Assembly (NCBI GenBank): GCA_965248575.1
Contig: CBDFJQ010000002.1
Coordinates: 4,032,001-4,096,000, forward strand
Reading direction: 5' to 3'
DNA from: Planctomycetota bacterium
GTDB taxonomy: Bacteria > Planctomycetota > B15-G4
Length of the DNA stretch: 64,000 nucleotides
Part shown: piece by piece, positions 37,406 to 47,015 of the stretch
How positions within the stretch are numbered: the stretch's first letter is position 1
Layout of the letters: each line of letters opens with the position of its first letter
Program-made: the position numbers and the translations under genes
The notes under the pieces: model-generated
The model's database searches: none
What the model was told of the DNA's origin: nothing
The model's input: the letters and a program-made list of their open reading frames with translations, nothing else

Positions 37406-37839
37406 GCCAACCGGCGTTCCACGCCCTGTTGAATGGCCTGGCTGCCCTGTTCCTGACGACGGGTTGGTTGGCCGTCCTAGGCAAGGGCCCCTTTGCGCGC
37501 GGTGGGCGCAACGAGGCACTTCACAAGAAGCTGATGATCGCCGCGGTGGCGACCTCGGCCGTCTTCCTGGCGTCGTACCTCGAGTACCACTACAGCGTGG
37601 GTTCGGTTCCATTCTGGGGTGAGGGTTGGATCCGCACCCTGTACCTCAGCGTCCTTGTGCCGCACATCGTGCTGGCGACGTTGATGGTGCCTCCCATCGT
37701 CATCCTGCTCGTCCACGCTGCACGAGGGCAGCTCGAACAGCACAAGCGACTGGCCCGTTGGACACTGCCCGTCTGGCTCTACGTGTCCGTGACGGGGGTG
37801 CTGGTCTACGTGATGCTTTATCGAATGGGACCTGAATGA
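37402..37839 (+). CDS. DUF420 family membrane protein (CtaM/YozB-like oxidase assembly factor)
   Basis: HKKLM, FLASYLEYH, HIVLA, HKRLARWTLPVWLYVSVTG. Confidence 0.88.
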   Translation: MSQPAFHALLNGLAALFLTTGWLAVLGKGPFARGGRNEALHKKLMIAAVATSAVFLASYLEYHYSVGSVPFWGEGWIRTLYLSVLVPHIVLATLMVPPIVILLVHAARGQLEQHKRLARWTLPVWLYVSVTGVLVYVMLYRMGPE

Positions 37840-37954
37840 GCCCAGGGGCGTAGCGTCGAGAGGCGTTGATCCGTAGAATATTCCGCCCTCAGATGCCCAT
37901 ATTGGGTGTGATTTGCCGTTCTAGGCGCGCCGATCACACCGCGGAAGGAGCCCC

Positions 37955-39115
37955 GTGACCACCAAATCGCCAGCGACAGCCTCACCATCAGGACTCGAAG
38001 GCGTGACGGCCGGAAACTCGGCTCTCAGTCGCGTCGATGGCGCCCAGGGCAAGCTCTTCTACTGCGGATACCCCGTCGAACCGTTGGCTGAGGAGTCGAC
38101 GTTCGAGGAGTGCATCTGGCTGCTCTGGAACCTGGAGCTACCGACCGCGAGCGAATTGGCAGGCCTCAAGGCGGATCTGGCTGCCCAACAGGACATCCCC
38201 GCGGATGTCTGGGAGATGCTCCGCAAGGTGGCGGCCAAGCAGTCGCTGATGGATCTCGTGCGCACGGGCGTGTCGGCCCTCTCGGCTTTCGATGATGAGG
38301 TCGCTGCGACTCGGGACGAGGTGGACGGGCGTCATGCCATCGAGCTCCGTGTTGCGACGAGAGTGATGGCCAAGATGGGCCCGTTGGTGGCGGGGGCCTA
38401 CCGCTTGCACCAGGGGCTGGAGCCGCTGTCGCCGCGTGATGACCTTTCGCTTGCAGGCAACTTCCTCTACCTGGTCACGGGTGAGGCGCCTGGTGAATAT
38501 GAGGAGCGGATCTTTGATGCCGCTCTCACCCTGCATGCCGATCATGGCTTCAACGCCTCGACTTTCGCCGCCCGGGTGACCGCAGGCACGGAGGCCGACA
38601 TCTACGCGTGCATCACGGCGGCAGTCGGTGCTCTCGGTGGCCGTCTGCACGGTGGAGCCAACATGCGCGTCATGAAGATGCTCCAGGAGATTGGGGCCGT
38701 CGACAAAGCGGATGCCTTCGTTGACAACATCCTCGACAAGCCCAAGGGCCGGGTCATGGGCTTCGGGCACCGGGTCTACAAGGTGTATGACCCCCGGGCC
38801 ACGGTGTTGCGCCGGATGTCTGACGAACTCACGAGTCGGTCGGGCAATCGCATGTGGTTCGACATGTCCTGCCGCATCGAGCAACGTGTCCTGGACCGGA
38901 AGGGCTTGGTTCCCAACGTCGACTTCTTCTCGGCTTCGGTCTACGCGTCCCTCGGTCTCGATCCGGAGATCTTTACGCCGATCTTCGCGGTGTCCCGAGC
39001 CAGCGGCTGGCTGGCTCATGTGCTTGAACAGCACAGTGACAATCGCTTGATCCGCCCCCGGGCAAACTACGTCGGGTCCCCGGTCAGGGACTTTCGCCCC
39101 ATCGGTGACCGCTGA
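37955..39115 (+). CDS. gltA: Citrate synthase (short dimeric type; 2-methylcitrate synthase not excluded)
   Basis: GLEGV, HADHGFNASTF, LHGGAN, MGFGHRVYK.YDPR, PNVDF, LIRPRA. Confidence 0.9.
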   Translation: MTTKSPATASPSGLEGVTAGNSALSRVDGAQGKLFYCGYPVEPLAEESTFEECIWLLWNLELPTASELAGLKADLAAQQDIPADVWEMLRKVAAKQSLMDLVRTGVSALSAFDDEVAATRDEVDGRHAIELRVATRVMAKMGPLVAGAYRLHQGLEPLSPRDDLSLAGNFLYLVTGEAPGEYEERIFDAALTLHADHGFNASTFAARVTAGTEADIYACITAAVGALGGRLHGGANMRVMKMLQEIGAVDKADAFVDNILDKPKGRVMGFGHRVYKVYDPRATVLRRMSDELTSRSGNRMWFDMSCRIEQRVLDRKGLVPNVDFFSASVYASLGLDPEIFTPIFAVSRASGWLAHVLEQHSDNRLIRPRANYVGSPVRDFRPIGDR

Positions 39116-39198
39116 CGTCAGGTGCGTTGAGGGCCTGGCGCACCTCCGCCATCTGAGCTGTCCGTTGCCTCTCTAGGTGTCGCCGCGATCGGGCAGGC

Positions 39199-41700
39199 AT
39201 GATGGCCTGCACGCTGCTTCTCCGGAGACGACCCTTGCTCTCACTCATTGTTGCGCATGCTGTGTTGCTGCTCGCTTGTCCGGTTCAGGTCGAGGGCGAG
39301 CAAGAGCGCTTGACGCCGGCAAATTGGTTGACGCTTGAGTCCGTCGACCAGCGCGGGCGGCGGCCTTTTCGTCCGGATGCCGTGTTTGAGCGCCATCTCC
39401 TGGACCCAGCGTCAGCCGCACCCGAGGAAGGAGAGAGAGTTCGGGGTGAGCAAGGGGTCGAAAGGCTGTGGGAACGTCGTACCACGGATGAGCGTGGGTC
39501 GCCCGGGACTGGCGCTGCTTGGGCCTTCGCAACCGTCGAGGTCGACAGGCCGCGGGTGATGTTGGCACGCCTGCAAGGCGCATCGACCCTGTTCGTCAAC
39601 GGCGACGGCTTCGTGGGCGATGTCTATCGCTACGGTTGGCCGGGAGTTCCGGTGGCGCTTCGCGCCGGGCGCAACGAAATCTATGTGACGGGTATTCGTG
39701 GTGCCTTCCAGTTTGAACTCCAAGAGCCGTCAGGCGCGTTGATTCTCGATGAGTACGACGGCACGCGACCCGATCTGCTGGTCGGGGCTGACCAGGCGGG
39801 GCCACTTGGCGTCCTGATTGCCAATGCGACGGATCACGATGTCCGTCCGTCCATTCGCATGGCGGGTGACGATCTCTTCGAGGCTGTGCAACTGGATCTT
39901 GGGGTCTTGCGCCCCTTGGAGGTGAAGAAGGTGCTGGTCGAGCAGCCGATCCGCGCAGGAATGCGCGTGCCCTCGGACGTCGAGATGATCGTGCGAACCC
40001 TGCTGGCTGAGGCGCCGAAGGCAGGGCAGGCGGTCTCGAGAGTTGCACTGAGGATCGTGGGGCTGGATGTCGCGCGACGCGTCACCTTCCAGTCGTCCAT
40101 CGACGGGTCCGCGCAGTTCTTCGGGCTGCTGCCTCCCTCGCAATCTGATCCCGGGATGAAGCAAGAACCGTCGTTGGTGTTGTCGCTGCATGGAGCGGGG
40201 GTCGACGCCCTGGGCCAGGCAAGGAGCTATTCTCAACGGCCGGACTTCTGGATCGCAGCTCCAACAAACCGGAGGCCTTTCGGATTCGATTGGCAGGATT
40301 GGGGGCGCCAGGATGCCTATGAAGTCAGATCGGAAGCTCTTGAGATCTCGGGGGTTGATCCGCACCGGGTGCAGCTGACGGGGCATTCGATGGGTGGGCA
40401 TGGCACCTGGCACCTGGCTGCAAACGACACCGATGCGTTCTCTGCCATCGCTCCCAGCGCTGGGTGGTGCAGTTTTGACACCTACGGCGGCAGGCCGGTT
40501 GGGGCGCTTTCCGAGACCTGGCATGCGGCCGATGCAGCGAGTCTGACGCTCGACTATGTGACGGGCCTCGCGCAGGTGCCAGCGTTTGTCCTGCACGGCA
40601 CTGCAGACAACAACGTGCCCTTGAGCGAGGCGGAGGCGATGATCTCCGCACTCACCGCCGCTGGCGCTCCTCCGAGTGTGCACCTGCAGGAGGGCGCCGG
40701 TCATTGGTGGGATGGCCCTGCGGCCCCCGGGGCCGATTGTGTCGACTGGCCCGGGGTCTTCGACCTGTTTCGGGCGCATCCCTCGCGAGCGTCCCTCGAT
40801 GAGCTTCAAGGGACGGACAGCGTTGACTGGGTGAGCGCCGGGCCATCCGTGGACAATCGCCACCAGGAACTAGGTGTCGAGCAGGTGCTGGTGCCGGGGA
40901 GGGGCTTTCGGGTGGCTGCGCACTTGGAGAGCCGTGGAGATCGGCGCGTGGTTCGGGTGGTGACTGAGAATGTTCGCCACCTCTTGGTGGAACCGTCCCC
41001 GCGCTGGAACGGTGCGTCGCTCGAGTTGGATGGCCAGTTGATCGAACGGGGTCGGCCCGGACCCACGGGTCTCGCTCACTTCCTTCGAGACGAGTCGAGG
41101 AACTGGATCGCCACGAGTCCCGTTCCTGTGGAACAGAAAACAGCGACTCGCATGGGGCCCTTCAAGCGCGCCTTCGACCGGGGCTTCGTGTTCGTGGTTG
41201 GTACGGGCGGTTCGGCGGCGGAAGATGCCGAGCTCTTGGCACGTGCGCGCTACGAGGCCCAGGTCTGGTGGTATCGAGGCAATGGGCAGGTCTCCCTGAT
41301 GACGGACCGGGAGTTCCTGGCGGTCGAGCAAGTTGCGGGCAACGTCATCTTGTTTGGCAACGCGAAGAGCAACACGGCCTGGCCGGACGTGGTGCCCAGC
41401 ACATGTCCGCTCGAGGTGCTGCCAGGCCAAGTGCGCCTTGGTGCCCGCAGCGATACAGGTGATGCCATTGGCGCGCTGTTCGTTACGCCTCGGCGCGATC
41501 ATCCGGAAGCGCTTGTTGGTGTCCTTGGTTCCACGGGTGTCCCGGGTGCGCGCCTTGGCTACAACCTGGCCGTCTTCGTTTCCGGTGTCGGCTATCCCGA
41601 CTATGCGGTGTTCGACTCGACGGTGCTGCGGGCGGGGGATGGCGGCGTTCTGGCCACGGGTTGGTGGGGCAACGACTGGCGACTGACGGAGGATGACTAG
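39199..41700 (+). CDS. Secreted alpha/beta-hydrolase (S9 peptidase/esterase-like)
   Basis: Signal peptide; LSLHGAG, GHSMGG nucleophile, LHGTADNNVP, GAGHWW. Confidence 0.82.
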   Translation: MMACTLLLRRRPLLSLIVAHAVLLLACPVQVEGEQERLTPANWLTLESVDQRGRRPFRPDAVFERHLLDPASAAPEEGERVRGEQGVERLWERRTTDERGSPGTGAAWAFATVEVDRPRVMLARLQGASTLFVNGDGFVGDVYRYGWPGVPVALRAGRNEIYVTGIRGAFQFELQEPSGALILDEYDGTRPDLLVGADQAGPLGVLIANATDHDVRPSIRMAGDDLFEAVQLDLGVLRPLEVKKVLVEQPIRAGMRVPSDVEMIVRTLLAEAPKAGQAVSRVALRIVGLDVARRVTFQSSIDGSAQFFGLLPPSQSDPGMKQEPSLVLSLHGAGVDALGQARSYSQRPDFWIAAPTNRRPFGFDWQDWGRQDAYEVRSEALEISGVDPHRVQLTGHSMGGHGTWHLAANDTDAFSAIAPSAGWCSFDTYGGRPVGALSETWHAADAASLTLDYVTGLAQVPAFVLHGTADNNVPLSEAEAMISALTAAGAPPSVHLQEGAGHWWDGPAAPGADCVDWPGVFDLFRAHPSRASLDELQGTDSVDWVSAGPSVDNRHQELGVEQVLVPGRGFRVAAHLESRGDRRVVRVVTENVRHLLVEPSPRWNGASLELDGQLIERGRPGPTGLAHFLRDESRNWIATSPVPVEQKTATRMGPFKRAFDRGFVFVVGTGGSAAEDAELLARARYEAQVWWYRGNGQVSLMTDREFLAVEQVAGNVILFGNAKSNTAWPDVVPSTCPLEVLPGQVRLGARSDTGDAIGALFVTPRRDHPEALVGVLGSTGVPGARLGYNLAVFVSGVGYPDYAVFDSTVLRAGDGGVLATGWWGNDWRLTEDD

Positions 41701-41721
41701 TCGTGTTCTTCGCGACGAATG

Positions 41722-43842
41722 TCAGAAGATGTCGTAGCGGAATTCACCGCTCTTGACTGTCGGCTTGCTCGAGCCGCTCTGACCGCCCTGAATGCCGAGC
41801 AGCTTGCGCAGGTCCTTGTCATCGACCTCGTCGAGTGTGACGAACTGGCAAAGCACTTGTTCAGGGCTGCTGCCACGGCTCAAGTGCATGACCGCTCCAA
41901 GGGTCGGAGCCTGTTTCCCGATCCACTGGCCAATCTGAACCCGCAGCCCTTCGTCCCATGAAGAACTCTGCCCAATGAGGAGCCGGATGCTGCCGAGCAG
42001 CGACGTTTCCTGGTCTGGGCTGAGATGTTGGGTGCGGCCGATTCCGGCGACCTCGAAGTTCGCCGTCTCGAGCGATGCGTAGAGTGCGGTCAGGCGTGCA
42101 TCAGCAGCTTGGGTTGCGGCGCTTCCGACGTCGTCCAGCACCAGGATCACGCTCGCTTCCTGACGGTGTTTCCCCAGCACGCTCGCGAGTGTCGGGGAGG
42201 GCGTTCGGCCGGAGCTGCTCGAAGCGGCACGCGTGCTCGCCGGTTCGATGGGGAGCGGGACAGGTTCCTGCCAATCGCCCCCGGTGGGGGTGCTGATTGC
42301 GTCCGCCGACCAGCGATGGTTTCTGACGCCCATCACTAGGCTTCCCACGAAGGCAAGGCCCAGCACGCCTACGCAGACGAGGGCTGCCACGGATCCCCAG
42401 CGCATGCCGCCACCTCGTTGAGTTGCTGCGATGGATGCGCGATCTCTTGGAATGCCTGGAACCTCGTGCGCAAAGTCAGCCTGGTAGGCCAAGGTGGCTG
42501 CAGCCGGAATGTCCTCCGGGACGTAGCCTCGCCCTGAAACAGACGGGAGCGCAGCCGGAGTGACCGAGTAAGGGTCGCTTGCGTTCATGACGACTCGCAG
42601 ATCGGCAAGCATCTCAGTCGCTGACGCATACCGCTTGTTCATGTCGGCCATGGCTCGGCGAACGATCCAGCGCAGGGCTTCAGGGCAGGCCTTGTGAATC
42701 TGGGAGAGGCTGCCATGAGCGGGGAAGCCGTTCTCGAGCATCGAGAACAGCACTGCTCCCGTGCCGTAGATGTCGAACTTCACGCCGTCGACTTCCTGGA
42801 CCTTGACGCCTCGCAGGGCGAGGCGCACGAGCTCTGGGTCGCGGAAGTACTCGGTGCCGTGAGTCGTGAGCGTCATCGCCGAATGCAGTGGCGTCGTCAG
42901 ACCCAGGTCGACCAAATGCACCCGGCCGCTCGAAACGATAATATTGCTGGGCTTGATGTCCTTGTGCCAAAGACCGGCTGAGTGAAAGCGTTGCACCGTC
43001 TGTAGCAAGTCGGCGATGTATTCGATGGCCAGCCCGAGCTGCCGACCTTTGAGGCCTTCCGCTCCCGACTTGTCGTGGAGTTGCTGTGTGACCAGCGTGA
43101 GGTCATCGCCCGGAACGTAGGGCATGACGTAGTGGAAGCGGGTGGCGCCGAGTTCGTGCTCCAGGACGAGGCCCATGTTGCGGGCTGCCTCAAGCGCCCG
43201 GCTCTCCCGCACGATCTGCGGCATGGTCGAGCCGTCCGCAAGGGAGAACGACTTGATTACGACCTTTTCGGCCACAACGCGTCCACCACGTTGTAGCTGT
43301 GTGAGCTTGTCCGGAAGTGGCTTGGCGAGGTAGAGCTTCGCTCCGGAACCGCCGGATGGAAGCGAACCGACGACTGTGTATCCCTCAAAGGCGTCCGGTC
43401 GGCCGCGGGGGGTGTCGGGGCCCGGAGCGCGAGCCATGGCCTCGGGGATCCGGCGCTCGATGCCGTCCGTGAGACTGGTGAGGCCGAGCAGGCGGCCCAC
43501 ATGGCCGATCACCAAGCGATAGAGGCTGGTGCCGACACCGACGGCTTCGCGCTCAAACGCCTTCCCATAGTGGTTGGCGCGAGACCAGCGGCCGAGGGCG
43601 ATGTTGGAAACGATGAACGGCACGAAGAAGACCGCCGTCAGGCCTCCCCCAATGACTCGGAGTGTGTCGGAGGCCATGCCCTTGATGAAGGACCCGATGC
43701 GGCCCAGGACGGTGGCTATGAAGCTGAACACACGCCCAATGGCCCAGCCAAGGCCTGCGAGTGCCTTGATGAGGAACCAGACGCCAACCACGCAGGCGGC
43801 GACGACCAACAAGATCTGGATGGGGAAGGCGAGTGGGTTCAT
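41722..43842 (-). CDS. Membrane-bound Hanks-type Ser/Thr protein kinase
   Basis: SGGSG loop, VVIK, HKDIKPSN, VDLGL, GTEYFRDPE, DIYGTG; hydrophobic segments on both sides of the kinase domain. Confidence 0.88.
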   Translation of the reverse strand: MNPLAFPIQILLVVAACVVGVWFLIKALAGLGWAIGRVFSFIATVLGRIGSFIKGMASDTLRVIGGGLTAVFFVPFIVSNIALGRWSRANHYGKAFEREAVGVGTSLYRLVIGHVGRLLGLTSLTDGIERRIPEAMARAPGPDTPRGRPDAFEGYTVVGSLPSGGSGAKLYLAKPLPDKLTQLQRGGRVVAEKVVIKSFSLADGSTMPQIVRESRALEAARNMGLVLEHELGATRFHYVMPYVPGDDLTLVTQQLHDKSGAEGLKGRQLGLAIEYIADLLQTVQRFHSAGLWHKDIKPSNIIVSSGRVHLVDLGLTTPLHSAMTLTTHGTEYFRDPELVRLALRGVKVQEVDGVKFDIYGTGAVLFSMLENGFPAHGSLSQIHKACPEALRWIVRRAMADMNKRYASATEMLADLRVVMNASDPYSVTPAALPSVSGRGYVPEDIPAAATLAYQADFAHEVPGIPRDRASIAATQRGGGMRWGSVAALVCVGVLGLAFVGSLVMGVRNHRWSADAISTPTGGDWQEPVPLPIEPASTRAASSSSGRTPSPTLASVLGKHRQEASVILVLDDVGSAATQAADARLTALYASLETANFEVAGIGRTQHLSPDQETSLLGSIRLLIGQSSSWDEGLRVQIGQWIGKQAPTLGAVMHLSRGSSPEQVLCQFVTLDEVDDKDLRKLLGIQGGQSGSSKPTVKSGEFRYDIF

Positions 43843-43875
43843 GCCTTCGGGACCCCCGAAATGGCCAAGCGGAGG

Positions 43876-44628
43876 CTATTCGAGCTGGCCGGCCTCATCA
43901 GTTTGGCGGAGTGTCATCTGCCGGTGATAGATGTCGGACAGCGCCTCGTCGAATAGCGTGTCAGCGGCCTTGGTGGGATTGGGGTCGATACCGTTTCTCC
44001 CCGCCTCACCCATCTCTTCTTCGGTGAAGCTGAACTTCGCCATGACCTCGGCCAAGCGTTGTCTCAGGAGTTCTCGCACCTTGCCGAGTCGCCGGCTGAT
44101 TGTGGGTTCGCTGACGCCGAGAGATTTCGCGACGTCCTTTCCGCTCAACCCATCGAAGACCCTCATGCGGTAGACCGAGAAGTCCATGAACTCGATTTCC
44201 CGCTCCACCATGCGAATGGCGGCCTCGACCTTGGCATCGAACACTGCCTGCTCGTAGCGGCTGCTCGGGGACGCCCCGCTGTCGGCACCGGCCCAGGCCT
44301 CATCCAGTTCAACGGGCTTCTTGCCTGCGCCGCGCTTGAGGGCCATGCGCCGATCGAACTCCCCGCACAGCGTGTGCTTGGCGATGGCGAGCAGCCACGT
44401 CGAGAACCGGGCTCCTTTATTGGGGTCATGTCGATCGATGGAGTGGGACAGGGCCGCCAGGGTCTCCTGTGAGACATCCTCAACGGTCTCAAAACCGATC
44501 CTTCCACCACCCCACTTGAAGAGCTGGGCGCGGAGAATGGGCCCGAATGTCTCCCAAAGTTCGAACCACGCCGCTGGGTCTTGGGCGCGGAGCCGTCCAA
44601 TAAAGCCTGTTGTGAGATTGCTGAGCAT
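43876..44628 (-). CDS. ECF sigma factor with C-terminal extension
   Basis: Start ATG 44628; EDVSQET, RFSTWLLAIA (sigma2), GLSGKDVAKSLGVSEPTISRRL (sigma4 HTH). Confidence 0.88.
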   Translation of the reverse strand: MLSNLTTGFIGRLRAQDPAAWFELWETFGPILRAQLFKWGGGRIGFETVEDVSQETLAALSHSIDRHDPNKGARFSTWLLAIAKHTLCGEFDRRMALKRGAGKKPVELDEAWAGADSGASPSSRYEQAVFDAKVEAAIRMVEREIEFMDFSVYRMRVFDGLSGKDVAKSLGVSEPTISRRLGKVRELLRQRLAEVMAKFSFTEEEMGEAGRNGIDPNPTKAADTLFDEALSDIYHRQMTLRQTDEAGQLE

Positions 44629-44793
44629 TGCTGGCGATTGTAGGGCATCGGGCGCTGGGGATGTCAGGCCGGCCTCCAAATCGCCACGGGCTGGCTGGAA
44701 TTGGAGTGAAAAAGAGGCGCCCCGCTCCCCAAGAACGCGTCGACGCCCAAGAGGGGCGCATTCAACTTGCCTCCCCACAGAAGGAACAATCCC

Positions 44794-45726
44794 ATGGCCG
44801 GTATCTTTAAGACCTTGATTCGCGTTGGCGTCATTACGGCCGCCGGCGCCGGTGTTGCCGTGCTGATCGCTGGTCCTCACCGCGCCGCGGCGCTCGTGAG
44901 CCAGGCTCACGAGAGCGTGATGTCCCACATCGACGAATCCATCGATGACCCCGTAGCGCTGCGTTCCCAGTTGCGGGAACTGGAACGGGAGTACCCAGGA
45001 AAGATCGGACAGGTGCGAGGTGACCTCGCAGAGCTGCGCGAGCAATCTCGTCAGCTTGAGCGGGATCGAGCCGTCTCCGAGCGGGTCGTTGCCCTGGCAG
45101 ACAGAGACCTCGCTGCCATCCAGCCACTCCTGGCAGAGGCTGATGCTGCACACGTGCAGAAGGCTTCCTACGGAAACGTGCGCAACGTGGTGAGCGTTCG
45201 CTTCGACAACCATCTCTACACGCTCGACCAGGCCCGCTCGAAGGCGAACCAGATCTCCCATACCCGTGTTGCCTACGCAAACCGGGCGGCCGACGCGGCG
45301 CACGACCTGGTTTACCTGGAGCAGCAGGATGAGCGTCTTTCTGAGCTGCTCGTCCAGCTTGAGACCGAGCGCGGCCAGTTCCAGTCACAGCTCTGGCAAC
45401 TGGATCGCCAAGTGGACGCCATTGCACGCAACGAGAAGCTGATTGGCATGCTCGAGAAGCGCAAGAGGACGATCGAGGAGTGCAGCCGCTATGAGGTGGC
45501 TAGTCTCGACCAGATGGTCTCGAAGCTGGCAGAAGTGCGGGCACGCCAGCAGGCTGAGCTGGACGTGCTGACCGGGCAGGACTCCGCGACGAACTACGAA
45601 GAGATCGCTCGAATGGAGATCGGTTCACAGGAGGGCCTGATTCGCTCGAGCCCGGTTCCGGATGAGTTCCCGGCACAAGGCTTGCTCTACACCACGGACG
45701 ACGTGGTTTCACCAAAGGTCCGCTGA
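44794..45726 (+). CDS. PspA/IM30-like coiled-coil protein
   Basis: RBS AAGGA; N-terminal MAGIFKTLIR amphipathic start, DDPVAL motif, long heptad helices. Confidence 0.6.
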   Translation: MAGIFKTLIRVGVITAAGAGVAVLIAGPHRAAALVSQAHESVMSHIDESIDDPVALRSQLRELEREYPGKIGQVRGDLAELREQSRQLERDRAVSERVVALADRDLAAIQPLLAEADAAHVQKASYGNVRNVVSVRFDNHLYTLDQARSKANQISHTRVAYANRAADAAHDLVYLEQQDERLSELLVQLETERGQFQSQLWQLDRQVDAIARNEKLIGMLEKRKRTIEECSRYEVASLDQMVSKLAEVRARQQAELDVLTGQDSATNYEEIARMEIGSQEGLIRSSPVPDEFPAQGLLYTTDDVVSPKVR

Positions 45727-45849
45727 GCCTCCCGACGGGCACCGCGAGAACTTCGCGGCCGCCTTGGATGACTCGCTCCGTCGCACGCCCGGAAGGGTGT
45801 GCGACGGAGCTTCCAATTGTGGTCGTTTCAAGAAGTGCGAAGGGCCATC

Positions 45850-46296
45850 TCAGCGGGGACGATTGGCGGATTCGACAGCCGTTCGAAAGTCGCCAGGGAT
45901 GGGAATGGACTGTGATTGGTCCGAGAACACCATGACGGTGTTCGACTGGCTGACGAGTGGTCCAGCTCCGTGCTCAGCCGGGGACGCTTCAACAAGTCGC
46001 ATCACCTGCCGGAACTTGACACTGGACCTCCCGAGGGACTCCACGGAGCTCAAGAGATCCACGGTTTCAGCCTCATGAAGCGCTCGCTTGAAGACGACTT
46101 CTGTGCGGCCGACGACAAACCACTCGGAGCGATCTGCAAAGCCGTCGTAGCTGAATCCGAGGGCACGCAGATAGTCGAGCCGGCCTTGCTCGTACCAGCT
46201 CAGGTAGACACCGTTGTTGAGATGGGCGTAGGAGTCCAGCTCGTAGGATCGAACCGTAAAGGAGGATTGCACCTCCCAGTCGTTTGAGTCGGGCAT
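45850..46296 (-). CDS. Acyl-CoA thioesterase (4HBT / YbgC-FadM hotdog family)
   Basis: VRSYELDSYAHLNNGVYLSWYEQGR. Confidence 0.88.
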   Translation of the reverse strand: MPDSNDWEVQSSFTVRSYELDSYAHLNNGVYLSWYEQGRLDYLRALGFSYDGFADRSEWFVVGRTEVVFKRALHEAETVDLLSSVESLGRSSVKFRQVMRLVEASPAEHGAGPLVSQSNTVMVFSDQSQSIPIPGDFRTAVESANRPR

Positions 46297-46435
46297 GGGG
46301 CGGGATTCTACATGGACAGGTCAGCGGAGACGCATGCCTTGGCGTCCGGGCGCGCTTCGCGTACAACCTGCCCGCTAGCCACAGCCGCTCTCCGGCTGTG
46401 CGACGTGCCATCCAATCAATCGGCCAGAGACTGTC

Positions 46436-47002
46436 GTGAACGTCATCACCACCAAGTTGGACGGGGTCCTGTTTCTTGAGCCGAAGGTGTTCCAGGACCC
46501 TAGGGGCTTCTTCTTGGAGACCTACCGCGCCGACAGCTACGCAGAGGCGGGAATCGATCTTCCGTTCGTTCAAGACAATCACAGCCGTTCGGTTCGAGGC
46601 ACGCTGCGGGGGCTCCACGCTCAGTGGAGGAAGCCCCAAGGGAAGCTGGTGCGCTGCATCCAGGGCGAGATCTTCGACGTGGCTGTGGATATGCGGCTGG
46701 GGTCGCCGACTCATGGCGAATGGGTCGGGGTGACGCTCACCAGCGAGAACTTCAAGCAGATCTACGTTCCGCCCGGCTACCTGCATGGTTTCGTGGTCGT
46801 GAGCGAGACCGCGGAGGTCGAGTACAAGTGCACGGACCTGTATGACCCTGGTTTTGAGGTCGGCGTCCGATGGGACGACCCCGCCATCGGGATCGACTGG
46901 CCTGTCGCAGCACACGAATGTGTGTTGTCGGAGAAGGACGCTCAGGCCCCACTTCTCGCTGATGTTCCCCCCGAGCACACACCCGGATACGGGGCTGGCT
47001 AG
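46436..47002 (+). CDS. rfbC: dTDP-4-dehydrorhamnose 3,5-epimerase
   Basis: DPRGFFLE, FVQDNHSRS, LRGLH, QGKLVRC, DVAVD, HGF, YKCTD, LSEKD. Confidence 0.95.
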   Translation: MNVITTKLDGVLFLEPKVFQDPRGFFLETYRADSYAEAGIDLPFVQDNHSRSVRGTLRGLHAQWRKPQGKLVRCIQGEIFDVAVDMRLGSPTHGEWVGVTLTSENFKQIYVPPGYLHGFVVVSETAEVEYKCTDLYDPGFEVGVRWDDPAIGIDWPVAAHECVLSEKDAQAPLLADVPPEHTPGYGAG

Positions 47003-47015
47003 GCACGACGGGCGA

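Noticed and set aside
44629..45303. 225-aa N-terminal extension of the ECF ORF
   Set aside because: Antisense to the PspA-like gene and the spacer; the sigma domain starts at ATG 44628.
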